Shown in pieces: positions 16,430 to 26,487 of a stretch of DNA of 64,000 nucleotides. The notes beneath the pieces were generated by a model. That model did not search any database and was not told the origin of the DNA. It was given only the letters and a program-made list of their open reading frames with translations. The stretch comes from an uncultured Azospirillaceae bacterium (lineage in GTDB: Bacteria; Pseudomonadota; Alphaproteobacteria; Rickettsiales; UBA3002), in contig CAZMBI010000008.1 of the NCBI GenBank assembly GCA_964564675.1, forward strand, positions 23,988 to 87,987. The letters run 5' to 3'. Each line of letters opens with the position of its first letter. The first letter of the stretch is position 1. The position numbers and the translations under genes are program-made.

Positions 16430-18130
16430 ATGTGCTTTGTATGTCTATCGCAACATTATGATCAGGGCACCGGTTCCGGCCACATCGCGCTGGCTAATGG
16501 CGGCGCCGGCGGCGGGGTGATTCGCCAGGCCTCCTTCACCGGCAATGAATATTATATCGATGCCCTGCTCAACGGCCTTTCCTGGACCGGCCAGACCGAT
16601 CTGGGCGCCACGATCACCTATAATTTCAATTATTCGGCCGAAGGCGGCGAGCCGTTCGGCGTGGCTGAGCGGGCGCTGGCTCTGGATGCCATGCAGCAAT
16701 GGGCGAAAGTAGCCAATATCGATTTTCAGGCAACCACGGGGATCTCCGATATCACCTTCTCGCAGGAGGATTTGGGGCCGGGGCTGGCCGGGCTGGCGAC
16801 CACCTTCTTCAATGGCAGCCAGATCACCTCGTCTGAAGCGCAGATCGATGATGACATTACCCAGCTCGCGCCTAACAGTTTCGGCTACCTCACCATATTA
16901 CACGAAATCGGCCATACGCTGGGGCTCAAACATCCCGGCCAGTACAGCGAATCGGATGTGCCGCCGTTCTTGCCCGAGGCCGAAGACAATATTCAAAACA
17001 GTGTCATGTCCTATAATAACGGGCCACTGGTGAACCAGCAGACCAACGCCCCGATTACACCGATGATTTACGATATTGCCGCAATGCAGAAACTGTATGG
17101 CGCCAATACCGATTATATGGCGGGGGATACCAGCTGGGATTTTAACGGCACACGCCAGACCATGACCATTTGGGACGGCGGCGGCGACGATACGGTCAGT
17201 GCGGCGGGCTATAGCTTCGGCGATGCCCTGATCGACCTGCGCGCCGGCTTCGAGCATGTGTCGCAGATCGGGCAGGCGGTGGTGCTCATGGCCTTTGGCG
17301 CCGATATCGAACACGCCATCGGCAGCAACCAGAACGATACGCTGGTGGGCAATAGCCTGAGCAACGAATTATTCGGCAGCAACGGTCGCGACAGCCTGCG
17401 CGGCGGCGAGGCGAACGATACGCTGTATGGCGGCGACGCCATCGCCGATGCCGATGACGACAATGACACCATGGCCGGGGAAAACGGTTCGGACATTATG
17501 TACGGCAACACCGGCGACGATCTGATGTTCGGGGGCGGTAATTTTGCCGATCTTGAAACCGGCAGCGACACTATTTACGGCGGCTTCGGCGCCGACAGCA
17601 TCTATGGCAATGCCGGGGATGACTCGCTGTTCGGCGGCGGTGCGCTGGCCGATCCCAACGATCTGGGCGATACCATCGCCGGCGGCAAAGGGGCGGATTA
17701 CATCATCGGTAATGGCGGCGACGACTTTATTTACGGCGGCGGAGCCGCCGCCGATCCGGAAGATTTAAACGACACTATTTTCGCCGGATTCGGCAACGAT
17801 ACCGTGCTGGGCAATGGCGGCGATGATTTTATCGACGGCGGGCCGGGCAATGACGAACTGAATGCCGGGCTGGGGGATGATACCCATTTCTTCGGTAATG
17901 GCAGCGGTCAGGATATCATTACCTTTTTCGAAGGCGCCGGCGCGGTGGGCGGCGATATCATTCAGCTGGTGTCCGATCTCAACGGGTCGGGGATTATGAG
18001 TGCTGCCGATGCGGCCGCCGCAGCGACATTTACCGGTGATACCGCCACGCTGGATCTGGGCGGCGGTAACAGTCTCACCGTACTGGGCCTGAGCACGGCG
18101 CTGAGTGCGGACGATTTCAGTATCTTCTAG
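16430..18130 (+). CDS. Serralysin-like (M10B) zinc metalloprotease with C-terminal RTX Ca-binding repeats (probable T1SS substrate)
   Basis: Zinc site TILHEIGHTLGLKHPG and Met-turn SVMSY. More than ten GGxGxD-type nonapeptides (GGEANDTLYGG, GNTGDDLMFGG, GGFGADSIYGNAGDDSLFGG ...). No signal peptide. The N-terminus MCFVCLS is of a type I recall from other RTX proteins. Confidence 0.9.
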   Translation: MCFVCLSQHYDQGTGSGHIALANGGAGGGVIRQASFTGNEYYIDALLNGLSWTGQTDLGATITYNFNYSAEGGEPFGVAERALALDAMQQWAKVANIDFQATTGISDITFSQEDLGPGLAGLATTFFNGSQITSSEAQIDDDITQLAPNSFGYLTILHEIGHTLGLKHPGQYSESDVPPFLPEAEDNIQNSVMSYNNGPLVNQQTNAPITPMIYDIAAMQKLYGANTDYMAGDTSWDFNGTRQTMTIWDGGGDDTVSAAGYSFGDALIDLRAGFEHVSQIGQAVVLMAFGADIEHAIGSNQNDTLVGNSLSNELFGSNGRDSLRGGEANDTLYGGDAIADADDDNDTMAGENGSDIMYGNTGDDLMFGGGNFADLETGSDTIYGGFGADSIYGNAGDDSLFGGGALADPNDLGDTIAGGKGADYIIGNGGDDFIYGGGAAADPEDLNDTIFAGFGNDTVLGNGGDDFIDGGPGNDELNAGLGDDTHFFGNGSGQDIITFFEGAGAVGGDIIQLVSDLNGSGIMSAADAAAAATFTGDTATLDLGGGNSLTVLGLSTALSADDFSIF

Positions 18131-18139
18131 GGGCGGGGA

Positions 18140-19210
18140 TTATACCGCTTCTTCCAGCAGTTGGGTGCTCAGCACTTCTTCGTCTGTTTCGGGCCGCTGG
18201 ATAATCACGCCATACCACCCCTGCCCGTCATAATTCTCGTAACCGAAGGTCTGCGCGAAGGCGATGACATTGCCTTCGCTGTCCGTGTAATGGCCGCGTT
18301 TTTTGCCGTCGGTGAACAGTTTGAAGGTGGTGAACAAACCGACATTATCGGATGCGGCGATGATCCGGTGGTTGGAATCCAGCAGCAGCACGCGCGAACG
18401 CGTCCATTCGGCGCGTGAGAGGTTGGGCTCATCCTGCACGATGATGCGCGACTGCTCACCCCACGCAAAGAAAACGCCCAGCACGCCGACTGGTTTACCG
18501 CTTATCTCGCCGCCGTTGCGCACGGCGGTGGAAAACACCGCCACCGGCTCATTATGCAGCAGGCTTTCATTATGCACATGGTCCACGCGGTAATCGTCTC
18601 CGCTCTGGGTGGCCATGGCGCTGCTGAACCAGTGCTGGGTGGAAACATCCGTTCCCACCATTTGCGGATAGCGCTCAGGCCTTGAAATGCTTACCACTTT
18701 GCCGCTGGCGTCGCACAATACCAGGGTGCTGTAGACCGTATAAAAGCGGTTAATAAGCGCCAGATGCTGTTGGGCACGTGTTGCGGACTCCTCGCCCGGT
18801 TCCTCCAGACAGTGATAAAACGCCTGATCGGTGGCCCACCAGCGGACATCGGCGGTGCGCTCATACAGGTTGCGCACGATCAGCTGAACCAGCGTTTGCG
18901 CCATATCTTCCAGCCGGCTGACCTCTTTTTCCTGAAATTGCTGCGCCAGCTCGTCGGTTTTATTGCGGATTTTACCCAGCACCGTGGTGCGAAAGTCCTT
19001 GGAGTTGTTGCCCGCTTGGGTAGCCAGTGATTTCACCTCCGAGGCAACCACCGCAAAGCCGCGACCATACTCACCGGCGCGGGCGGCCTCGATCGTGGCG
19101 TTGAGCGCGAGCAGATTGGTATGGCTGGCGATGGTTTCATTGGTGCGGGCGAACTTCTGGATTTCGTCCTGAATGGTTTTAATGATGGTGCGAATCTGCG
19201 TGCCCGACAT
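18140..19210 (-). CDS. Atypical soluble protein: MCP signalling-hairpin tip (N-terminal ~100 aa) followed by a Cache/PDC-like sensor domain
   Basis: The near-invariant MCP tip [36 protein letters not shown] starts at aa ~28. The rest has a Cache-like pattern: a long helix ..[17 protein letters not shown], then [34 protein letters not shown]. No TM segment, HAMP domain or methylation helices seen. Confidence 0.75.
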   Translation of the reverse strand: MSGTQIRTIIKTIQDEIQKFARTNETIASHTNLLALNATIEAARAGEYGRGFAVVASEVKSLATQAGNNSKDFRTTVLGKIRNKTDELAQQFQEKEVSRLEDMAQTLVQLIVRNLYERTADVRWWATDQAFYHCLEEPGEESATRAQQHLALINRFYTVYSTLVLCDASGKVVSISRPERYPQMVGTDVSTQHWFSSAMATQSGDDYRVDHVHNESLLHNEPVAVFSTAVRNGGEISGKPVGVLGVFFAWGEQSRIIVQDEPNLSRAEWTRSRVLLLDSNHRIIAASDNVGLFTTFKLFTDGKKRGHYTDSEGNVIAFAQTFGYENYDGQGWYGVIIQRPETDEEVLSTQLLEEAV

Positions 19211-19287
19211 ATTAACCCCCTGTACGATGCGGCTTTGATCTTACATTGTCGCCATTATGCATGCGCTAGCACAGGGTGGCAGGCAAG

Positions 19288-20181
19288 TCACGCCTTTTTA
19301 GCCTCAAGCGGCAGCGGGGGCGTGGAACGCCGCGTGGTGTGGTATGCGTTAAACAGCGTCGCCGCGATAATCACGGCCGCGCCGCCTACCGTCCAGCTGT
19401 CGACGATTTCCCCGAAGGCGAAATAGGCGATGACCGAGACAAAGACGAGCTGCGCAAAATTCAGCGGAATAACCGTGGTGTAAGGCACTTTCGACAGGGC
19501 GGCGGCCACTGCCAACTGCTGGCTGAGCGCCAGCGCGCCGATCACCGCCAGCCACAGCCATACCGTGCCCTGCGGGGTCTGCCAGTGCGCAAGCCCGAAG
19601 GGCAGGGAGATCGCCGAACTCATCACCAGCATGTAAAGCGCGATACGCTGCGGGGTTTCACTGCGGGTGAGCAGCTTGATGGTATTGCCGCACAGGGCAA
19701 AGCCCAACGCCGCGCCCAGCGCGCACAAAATCCCCAGATTGAACTCGGCGAAACCGGGGCGGGTGATGAACAACACGCCGATAAAGCCGGTGGCGATGCA
19801 GGCGAGATTAACGCCGGTGGGGCGTTCCCCCAACAGGATCATGGCAATGATGGTGCCAAAGATCGGCGCGGCGAACAGCAGCGCCGTATGGCTGGGCAGG
19901 GGGATTTGCGTCAGCGCGTAAAAAGACAGCGAAAAGGAGCCGAACTCGAGGACGGCGCGAAGCCACAGCAGGCGGGGGTTCTTGGGTTTGAGATGCTGCG
20001 CGCCGCTGCGCCACAGCAACGGCAGAAAAAACAATAAAGCGAACAGGTTATAAAATAACACGATCTGAAAGGTATGCATGCCGCCGGAAATATGGCGGAC
20101 AATGCCGATGATGATGGCTGACGACAGCAATACGTATAAAAACAGCAGGATGGCGGACAGGGTATCGCGTTGGGGCAGCAT
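19288..20181 (-). CDS. EamA/DMT-family transporter (10 TM)
   Basis: Two EamA-like halves. The start MLPQRDT at 20181 lies one nt from the nadK stop. The ORF is open to 20292 but would then overlap nadK. Confidence 0.8.
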   Translation of the reverse strand: MLPQRDTLSAILLFLYVLLSSAIIIGIVRHISGGMHTFQIVLFYNLFALLFFLPLLWRSGAQHLKPKNPRLLWLRAVLEFGSFSLSFYALTQIPLPSHTALLFAAPIFGTIIAMILLGERPTGVNLACIATGFIGVLFITRPGFAEFNLGILCALGAALGFALCGNTIKLLTRSETPQRIALYMLVMSSAISLPFGLAHWQTPQGTVWLWLAVIGALALSQQLAVAAALSKVPYTTVIPLNFAQLVFVSVIAYFAFGEIVDSWTVGGAAVIIAATLFNAYHTTRRSTPPLPLEAKKA

Positions 20182-20182
20182 G

Positions 20183-20965
20183 TTAATAAATGAATTGTTC
20201 TTTGATGATGCGTTCTTCGAGGTTGTGTTCCGGGTCGAATAACAGGGATAAGCGAATATTGCGCTCCTCGTCAATCGATACGCTGATGACATCGCGAATT
20301 TCCGTAAAATCGGCCACCGCGCTGACCGGGCGCTTATCCGGGTCGAGTGCCTCCAGCGTGATGCTGGCCGTATGATGCAGCTGCGCGCCGCGCCAGCGCC
20401 GCGGGCGAAACGGGCTCATCGGTGTCATCGCCAGCAGGTTGCCGGTCAGCGGGATAATCGGTCCGCCGGCGGAGAAATTATAGGCCGTGCTGCCCGCCGG
20501 GCTGGAAATCAGGATACCGTCGCAGATCAACTCCTCCAGCCGGACGACGTGGTCGATGGTGATACGGATTTTGGCGGCCTGCCGGCTCTCGCGGAACAAG
20601 GACACCTCGTTGATCGCCAGCAGGCGCTTTTCCCGTCCGTCCAGCGTGCGCACATACATGCTCAGCGGGTGCAGCGCCGAGACCCGCGCCTTGCTGATGC
20701 GCTCGAGCAGATCGTCGGGGGAATAGCTGTTCATCAAGAACCCGACACTGCCGCAATTCATGCCGTAAATCGGGATGTTGCGCTGCATATACTGGTGCAG
20801 GATTTGCAGCAAGAAGCCGTCGCCGCCGAGCACCACCACCGCATCCGGCCGCGCCCCCTTTTTGCCCAGCCGCATGAAGCTATAGCGCTCGCTCAGCTCG
20901 GCATAGGCGTGCTGGGCTTTCTCCGAACCATCGGCGATGCAGGCGATCTGTGAACTTTCTATCAT
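20183..20965 (-). CDS. nadK: NAD+ kinase
   Basis: Motifs [41 protein letters not shown]. Confidence 0.9.
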   Translation of the reverse strand: MIESSQIACIADGSEKAQHAYAELSERYSFMRLGKKGARPDAVVVLGGDGFLLQILHQYMQRNIPIYGMNCGSVGFLMNSYSPDDLLERISKARVSALHPLSMYVRTLDGREKRLLAINEVSLFRESRQAAKIRITIDHVVRLEELICDGILISSPAGSTAYNFSAGGPIIPLTGNLLAMTPMSPFRPRRWRGAQLHHTASITLEALDPDKRPVSAVADFTEIRDVISVSIDEERNIRLSLLFDPEHNLEERIIKEQFIY

Positions 20966-21010
20966 AACCGGTCTGTGTTAGTGCTTATCCTCCTTGTTTA
21001 GCAGGTTCTT

Positions 21011-21832
21011 ATGCCAATACAACCGCAAGCCGCCCGCCAGCATGAAAATTTTCCGGTTGCCTCATGGCTTTTGCCTGCTCCGGCGCGCGCTGCGGTGCGG
21101 GCGTTTTACGATTTCGCCCGCGGTGCCGATGATCTTGCCGATGCGCCGGACGTGCCGGCCGGGCAGCGCCGGGACGCCCTGATCGAGCTGCGTCAGGCGG
21201 TTATTGCGCGCGATACGACGCAGGCGCCGGACTGGGCGCACGCCTATATTGCCCTGCTTGATGCCGGCCGCCTGCCCCCGGCGCATGGCGAGGCGCTGCT
21301 GCATGCCTTTATTCAGGACACGCAACAGTCGCGTTATGCCGATTATGCGGCCCTGCTGGATTATTGCCGCCACTCCGCGGCGCCGGTGGGGCGGGCGATG
21401 TTGGCGCTGTGCGGCGAGTCGCAGGCCGATGAGCAGGCCGCCGATGCGCTGTGCATCGCCCTGCAACTGCTTAATCATCTGCAGGATATTAAAGCCGATT
21501 ACACCGCCCGCCAGCGCATCTATCTGCCTCAGGACTGGCTGATGGACGCCGCCGTGGCAGAGCCGGAGCTGGCCGGCACACGCTGTACACCTGGCCTGCG
21601 GCAGGTGATCGGGCGGCTGCTTACCGCTTGTGAGGCGCTGACCGATCAGGCTGCAGCGCTGCCGGCAAGCCTGCAAAGCCGACGCTTGCGTATGGAAATC
21701 GGCGTGATCCGGCAGGTGGCGCGGCGCCTCGCCGGGCGCTTGCGCACCCGCGATCCGCTCGCCGAACGCGTGGTTTTGAGCCGTGCCGACTATGCGTATT
21801 GCCTGTTTTATGGGCTGCGGGAGGGCCTATGA
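21011..21832 (+). CDS. hpnC: Squalene synthase HpnC (hydroxysqualene synthase)
   Basis: N-terminus ENFPVASWLLP, FYDFARGADDLAD, and the second Asp-rich region LQDIKADY. Confidence 0.85.
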   Translation: MPIQPQAARQHENFPVASWLLPAPARAAVRAFYDFARGADDLADAPDVPAGQRRDALIELRQAVIARDTTQAPDWAHAYIALLDAGRLPPAHGEALLHAFIQDTQQSRYADYAALLDYCRHSAAPVGRAMLALCGESQADEQAADALCIALQLLNHLQDIKADYTARQRIYLPQDWLMDAAVAEPELAGTRCTPGLRQVIGRLLTACEALTDQAAALPASLQSRRLRMEIGVIRQVARRLAGRLRTRDPLAERVVLSRADYAYCLFYGLREGL

Positions 21833-22704
21833 ACGGGCTTCTGGTATCGCTGCGACGGCGTTTGAGGCTAGTCAGAAGCAGTTTTTTCCTGCCTATGTGC
21901 TGGATGAGCGCGCCGCAGCGTCAGGGCATGCGGGCGGTGTATGCCTTCTGCGGCGAAGTCGATGATATCGCCGACGGCAGCGACGGGCGCGCCGAAAAGC
22001 AGCGCCGGCTGAGCTGGTGGGAGCAGGAAATCGCCCGGCTGTATGATGGCGCGCCCAGCCATCCCATCACCCGCGCGCTGCAGGCGGTGATTGCGCGCTA
22101 TGATTTGCAGCAGGCGCATTTCCAGCAGATACTCGCCGGGGTGCGCATGGATACCGACGAACACATGCTGCTGCCCGATGCGGAGACGCTCGAGCGTTAT
22201 TGTTATCGCGTGGCGGGTTGTGTGGGCCTGCTGTCGATCCGCATTTTCGGCTGCACGCAGCCGGCAAGCGAAGACTATGCGATTGCGCTCGGCCATGCCC
22301 TACAACGTACCAATATCCTGCGCGATGTGCCCGCCGATGCGCGGATGGGCCGGATTTACCTACCCGGCGAATGGGTGCGTCTGGCCGGGCTGATGCCGCT
22401 GAAGCCGGCGGAGATTGTAACAAACCCTGCGCGCCTGCAGCCGGTCTGCAAGCAGATGGCCGCTCAGGCCGATGATTATTACCGGCAGGCGGCGGCCCTG
22501 ATAGACCCGGCGGATGCGGCGGCGTTGCTGCCGGCGCGGATGATGAGCATCGGTTACCGTCGCCTGCTGCAACGGATGCAGGCCGACAACTGGCGCTACA
22601 ACCGGGCGTATCGGCTGACGCTCAGCGACAAATGGGCGATGGGGCGGATGGTGGCGCAGGCATCGAAGGTCAATGAGACGCCGACTGGCGGACAAGCGCG
22701 ATGA
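21829..22704 (+). CDS. hpnD: Presqualene diphosphate synthase HpnD
   Basis: Motifs SSFFLPM, AVYAFCGEVDDIADG, NILRDVPADARMGRIYLP. ATGA overlap with hpnC and the SD GGGAGGG upstream. Confidence 0.85.
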   Translation: MNGLLVSLRRRLRLVRSSFFLPMCWMSAPQRQGMRAVYAFCGEVDDIADGSDGRAEKQRRLSWWEQEIARLYDGAPSHPITRALQAVIARYDLQQAHFQQILAGVRMDTDEHMLLPDAETLERYCYRVAGCVGLLSIRIFGCTQPASEDYAIALGHALQRTNILRDVPADARMGRIYLPGEWVRLAGLMPLKPAEIVTNPARLQPVCKQMAAQADDYYRQAAALIDPADAAALLPARMMSIGYRRLLQRMQADNWRYNRAYRLTLSDKWAMGRMVAQASKVNETPTGGQAR

Positions 22705-23809
22705 TATAGGGGATATTATTAATATCGGCGCCCTGGCTTTCTTCCAGCAGCAGTTTGACTACCTGGTTGGCGTATTGTTTCGCGCCGAAGCCGCTGCTTT
22801 TCTCATCCAATGCAATGACGACTTTAAGTAACAGGCGCACCGCCTCGAACATGCTTTCCGGCAGGCCGGTCTTGAGGTATAGCGCGTGAAAGCCGAGCGG
22901 GCCCTTATCGTGAATCAGTTTACGGGCATTGATTTTGGGAATGTTTGCCTGGCGCGCCAGCGCCGCCTCGAAAAATCGCAGATAGCCGCGGCACAGGGAA
23001 GAAAGGATAATGGAGGGGGTGAGCCGCCCATCGGTGCGCATCTGCTCCACCACATAATCGATTTCTTCCTCGGAGGTCTGCTGTGACAACAAATCGAGCG
23101 TGACATGCTCGCGGGTCTCTTGCTCGATCGCGCCGGCCGAGAACTGATATCGCCGCTCAAGCTCTTCAGCCAGCGAATCGGATACGTACTTGATCAGTTT
23201 TTCCGCCACCGCCACCGGCAGCTGCGGGCGCGAGGCCATGGCTGTAGTGACGGTTTCTTCATGCTGAAACTCGGTGATGATCTGGTTGTAGGTCTTATCG
23301 GCGATTTCCGCCTGCTGATTTTCCAGCAAGGTGGATACCACCTGCGGATAGTGGGTTTCGGTCAGGGCATGACTTACACGGGTGGAAACTTTGTCGCGTT
23401 CGGCCACGGCGACGAGTTTGCCGATTTCCTTACTGGTTTCCACGATACGGATGAGATCGGCATCGCTTAGCACCTGACTGGCGCGCAATACCGGTAGCGA
23501 GACCTGCTCGATATCTTCGGCCAGATGCAGCACTACATCACGCGGGATATCAGTGATATCCTTGATCTGGTCCGCCAGCCGCTGGCGGACGCGTAATTCC
23601 GTATCGCGCATCAGCAGGCGGAAGATCTGTTCGGCATATTCATATTCGCGGGGGTTGAACTGGTGCTGGGCGTAGTTGGTGGAGATTTTATCCAGCACAT
23701 TGATCCGCGCGTCCGGCGAATCTTCGCGCATCAGCCGCTCGACATCATCCTGCGACAGGTAAATGTCGTCTTTTTTCATTCGAGTGCTTGGATTAGTGGA
23801 CGGTGCCAT
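22670..23809 (-). CDS. DUF2336 domain protein (helical-repeat), copy 1
   Basis: Motifs RLLMRDTELRVRQRLADQIKDITDIPRDVVLHLAEDIEQVSLPVLRAS and C-terminal LTPSIILSSLCRGYLRFFEAALA. SD GGAG 8 nt before the ATG at 23809. Confidence 0.75.
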   Translation of the reverse strand: MAPSTNPSTRMKKDDIYLSQDDVERLMREDSPDARINVLDKISTNYAQHQFNPREYEYAEQIFRLLMRDTELRVRQRLADQIKDITDIPRDVVLHLAEDIEQVSLPVLRASQVLSDADLIRIVETSKEIGKLVAVAERDKVSTRVSHALTETHYPQVVSTLLENQQAEIADKTYNQIITEFQHEETVTTAMASRPQLPVAVAEKLIKYVSDSLAEELERRYQFSAGAIEQETREHVTLDLLSQQTSEEEIDYVVEQMRTDGRLTPSIILSSLCRGYLRFFEAALARQANIPKINARKLIHDKGPLGFHALYLKTGLPESMFEAVRLLLKVVIALDEKSSGFGAKQYANQVVKLLLEESQGADINNIPYIIALVRQSASH

Positions 23810-24911
23810 CGCGCATACTCCATCCTACAATAGACAGCAAGTATGGCATGTTTTCAATCGTTTTGTCATACCCTTCCTGCACAATCCGGTCGACAAGGCG
23901 ATGCGGAAAGTTGGCCTGATGATATTGCCCAAAGCGGGTTTGCTCCAAAGCGAGCTGAAACAGGGCGCGCAGCGCCTCGCGGAAGCTCTCCGGCATGCCG
24001 CAATGATCATACAGCGCATCGAAGCCTTTGCCGCCCGGATCGAGCAGCAGCACTTTGGTGTTGCTCAATGAGATATTGCAGCGCTTGGCCATGGCCGTTT
24101 CGAAAAAGCGGATATTGCCGGAACACAGCGCGCGGATGATCACCGAATCAGTCAGGCGTTTATTGCGGTGCATGTGGGTGATAAGATCCTGGATATCCTG
24201 CTGGCCCATCCACGGCGATAAAAAAGCCAGCACCGACACTTCGCGGGCATTGCGGCTGATATCATCGGCTTTTTTCCGGTGCAGGCGGTAGCGCCGGGTG
24301 AGGTCTTTTTTCAGGTGATCGGAGACGAGATGAAAGAGCGTTTCAGCATATTGGTAAGGCAGGCCGCCGCGATAGACCAGCGCTTCGAGAATCGACTGAT
24401 CGTGATGGTATTCCTCGATCACGTAATCGAGCGTCTCGTTACCAATCGCGGCGCTGCGGTTCTCGATCAGGGTTTTGCTCAGGCCGCTGTCGCCGCACTT
24501 ACATAAGGCGTCACTCAGGGCTGCGGAAATACTGCCACGCCGGGCGATGGCGTGAAGTTTTTGTATCTGAGCGGTGGATTGCACAATGGCGATCAGTGTG
24601 TCTTCGTCAAGTACCGGCGAATGTTCCAGCACGTGTTCGGCCACGCTGTCTTCATCGTCGGCCAGGGCCAGGACAATGTCGCGGGGAATATGATGCTGAT
24701 GGCAGATGCCTTTGGCCAATGTTTCACGCACCTTGCGTGCGGTGTCGCGCAGTAACAGCCGGAGAATCTCATGCGCGACGTCTTTTTCGCGACCGTAAAA
24801 ATCGTGATCGCCCAGTCCGCGACAGAGCTTTTCCACAAGTTCCGAACGCACTTTCACCGACGGGTCATGCACCAGCCGCTGAATATCGGTTTGCGTAATA
24901 CGAGACGTCAT
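23793..24911 (-). CDS. DUF2336 domain protein, copy 2 (tandem paralogue)
   Basis: Collinear with copy 1: RLLLRDTARKVRETLAKGICHQHHIPRDIVLALADDEDSVAEHVLEHS and LTDSVIIRALCSGNIRFFETAMA. The start could also be 24938. Confidence 0.75.
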   Translation of the reverse strand: MTSRITQTDIQRLVHDPSVKVRSELVEKLCRGLGDHDFYGREKDVAHEILRLLLRDTARKVRETLAKGICHQHHIPRDIVLALADDEDSVAEHVLEHSPVLDEDTLIAIVQSTAQIQKLHAIARRGSISAALSDALCKCGDSGLSKTLIENRSAAIGNETLDYVIEEYHHDQSILEALVYRGGLPYQYAETLFHLVSDHLKKDLTRRYRLHRKKADDISRNAREVSVLAFLSPWMGQQDIQDLITHMHRNKRLTDSVIIRALCSGNIRFFETAMAKRCNISLSNTKVLLLDPGGKGFDALYDHCGMPESFREALRALFQLALEQTRFGQYHQANFPHRLVDRIVQEGYDKTIENMPYLLSIVGWSMRDGTVH

Positions 24912-25131
24912 GATCGCACATCCCAGATTTCTGCCCATTGTCTACCGGTTCGGTATGAGTCTGAGCGTTTTCTTAATGTTATAGCAATGTTTCAGCCCAT
25001 CTGCCAGTTTTGTCTGGTACTGATAACGTTTATCTTAGCGAATATTCATTAAAATAAACTTAATTTTTTAACAAAATTGTCGGGATCGCATTTCCCTTTA
25101 CCGGGGGCGGGGAATGCATTAGACGTGGCGC

Positions 25132-25470
25132 ATGACGGAAACGCCCACTTCTTCAGATTCATTGCGGCACTTGCAGCAGGTAATCGCCGGGCGGCGGGAG
25201 GCGGATGCGAGCGTATCTTATATCGCTTCGCTGTTTGCCAAGGGCACGCCTAAAATAGCGCGCAAGGTCGCTGAAGAGGCATTGGAAGTGGCATTGGCCG
25301 CCACTATCGAAACGCGCGAGCAGGTGATTACCGAGTCGGCCGATTTGTTATTTCACCTGCTCGTATTGTGGGAAGCCGAAGGCGTGCGTCTAGACGAGGT
25401 GCTTGCCGAGCTCGCGCGGCGCGAAGGCGTTTCGGGTTTGCAGGAAAAAGCCGGGCGGCAGGAACCTTAA
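25132..25470 (+). CDS. hisE: Phosphoribosyl-ATP pyrophosphatase
   Basis: Motifs SYIASLFAKGTPKIARKVAEEALEV and ESADLLFHLLVLW. Confidence 0.9.
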   Translation: MTETPTSSDSLRHLQQVIAGRREADASVSYIASLFAKGTPKIARKVAEEALEVALAATIETREQVITESADLLFHLLVLWEAEGVRLDEVLAELARREGVSGLQEKAGRQEP

Positions 25471-25498
25471 GGCGACAACAGCAGATAAGGAGCGCATC

Positions 25499-25873
25499 AT
25501 GGCCTATGATTCATCCAATATTTTCGCGCAGATCATCCGCGGCGAGATTCCCAGCAAAAAAGTGTTTGAGGATAGCAGCGTACTGGCGTTTGAGGATGCC
25601 CACCCGGCAGCACCGATACATGTGCTGGTGGTACCCAAGGGCGAATACGAATCGTTTGATGATTTTACCGACCGCGCCGATACGGACACGGTGGCGCATT
25701 TTTTCCGCACCATCCGACGCATTGCGCATCAGCTAGGGCTGGAGCGTTCCGGTTATCGGCTGCTGACCAATCACGGTCAACACGCCAGCCAGAGTGTGCC
25801 GCATTTTCATGTGCATCTGCTGGGCGGGCGGCCGCTCGGCGCGCTCCTGCCGGGCGATGAGGCAAGCCGTTAG
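25499..25873 (+). CDS. HIT-family (histidine triad) protein
   Basis: NIFAQIIRGEIPS and the histidine triad VPHFHVHLLGG. SD TAAGGAG before the ATG at 25499. Confidence 0.9.
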   Translation: MAYDSSNIFAQIIRGEIPSKKVFEDSSVLAFEDAHPAAPIHVLVVPKGEYESFDDFTDRADTDTVAHFFRTIRRIAHQLGLERSGYRLLTNHGQHASQSVPHFHVHLLGGRPLGALLPGDEASR

Positions 25874-26487
25874 TCCCCTGCGCCGGTTGCGGCCATCCGG
25901 CCGGCCAGCATCGCGCGCACTTCGGCCAGCGGCAGGCCGACGACATTGCTGTATGAGCCGTTGATGAAGGGGATGAAGGCCTGTGCGGCGCCCTGAATCG
26001 CGTAGCCGCCGGCTTTGCCCTGCCATTCACCGGTTTGGATATACCAGTCGATATCTTCCTCGACGAGCCTGCGGCATTTCACTACGGTGGTGACCAGGCG
26101 CAGGATCATACTCTTCTCCTCCGGGGAAGGGTCAGAACGCGAGGCAGGATGCATGACGCATACCCCCGTCATCACCCGGTGGCGGCGGCCGGACAGCAGC
26201 TGCAGACAGGCCCGCGCGCTGGCCTCGTCTTCGGTTTTGGGCAGGATACGCCGGCCGCATGCCACTACCGTATCGGCCGCGAGAATGACGGCATCGGGGT
26301 GTGCGGCGGCTACGGTTTGGGCTTTCTCGCGCGCCATTCGGGCGGCGTAGTCGCGGGCGCGTTCGCCCTTTCCGGGGGTTTCGTCGATATCGGCGGGAAT
26401 GATGCGATCGGGCGCGCGGCCGATAGCTGCCAGCAGATCGCGCCGGCGCGGTGAGGCGGAAGCGAGAATGAAAGAGGGATCGGGCAT
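25870..26487 (-). CDS. maf: Maf-like nucleoside triphosphate pyrophosphatase
   Basis: Motifs ILASASPRRRDLL, ADTVV and GGYAIQG. Confidence 0.9.
   Translation of the reverse strand: MPDPSFILASASPRRRDLLAAIGRAPDRIIPADIDETPGKGERARDYAARMAREKAQTVAAAHPDAVILAADTVVACGRRILPKTEDEASARACLQLLSGRRHRVMTGVCVMHPASRSDPSPEEKSMILRLVTTVVKCRRLVEEDIDWYIQTGEWQGKAGGYAIQGAAQAFIPFINGSYSNVVGLPLAEVRAMLAGRMAATGAGD

Noticed and set aside
17300-17900. Periodic DNA repeats considered as a possible satellite or CRISPR-like array
   Set aside because: The periodicity is the 27-nt RTX nonapeptide repeat of the protease gene. There are no spacer-repeat alternation and no cas genes. No CRISPR array was seen anywhere in the window.
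21011-22704. hpnC-hpnD without hpnE as an incomplete squalene pathway
   Set aside because: hpnE and shc are often encoded elsewhere. Absence from a 64-kb window is not evidence of absence.
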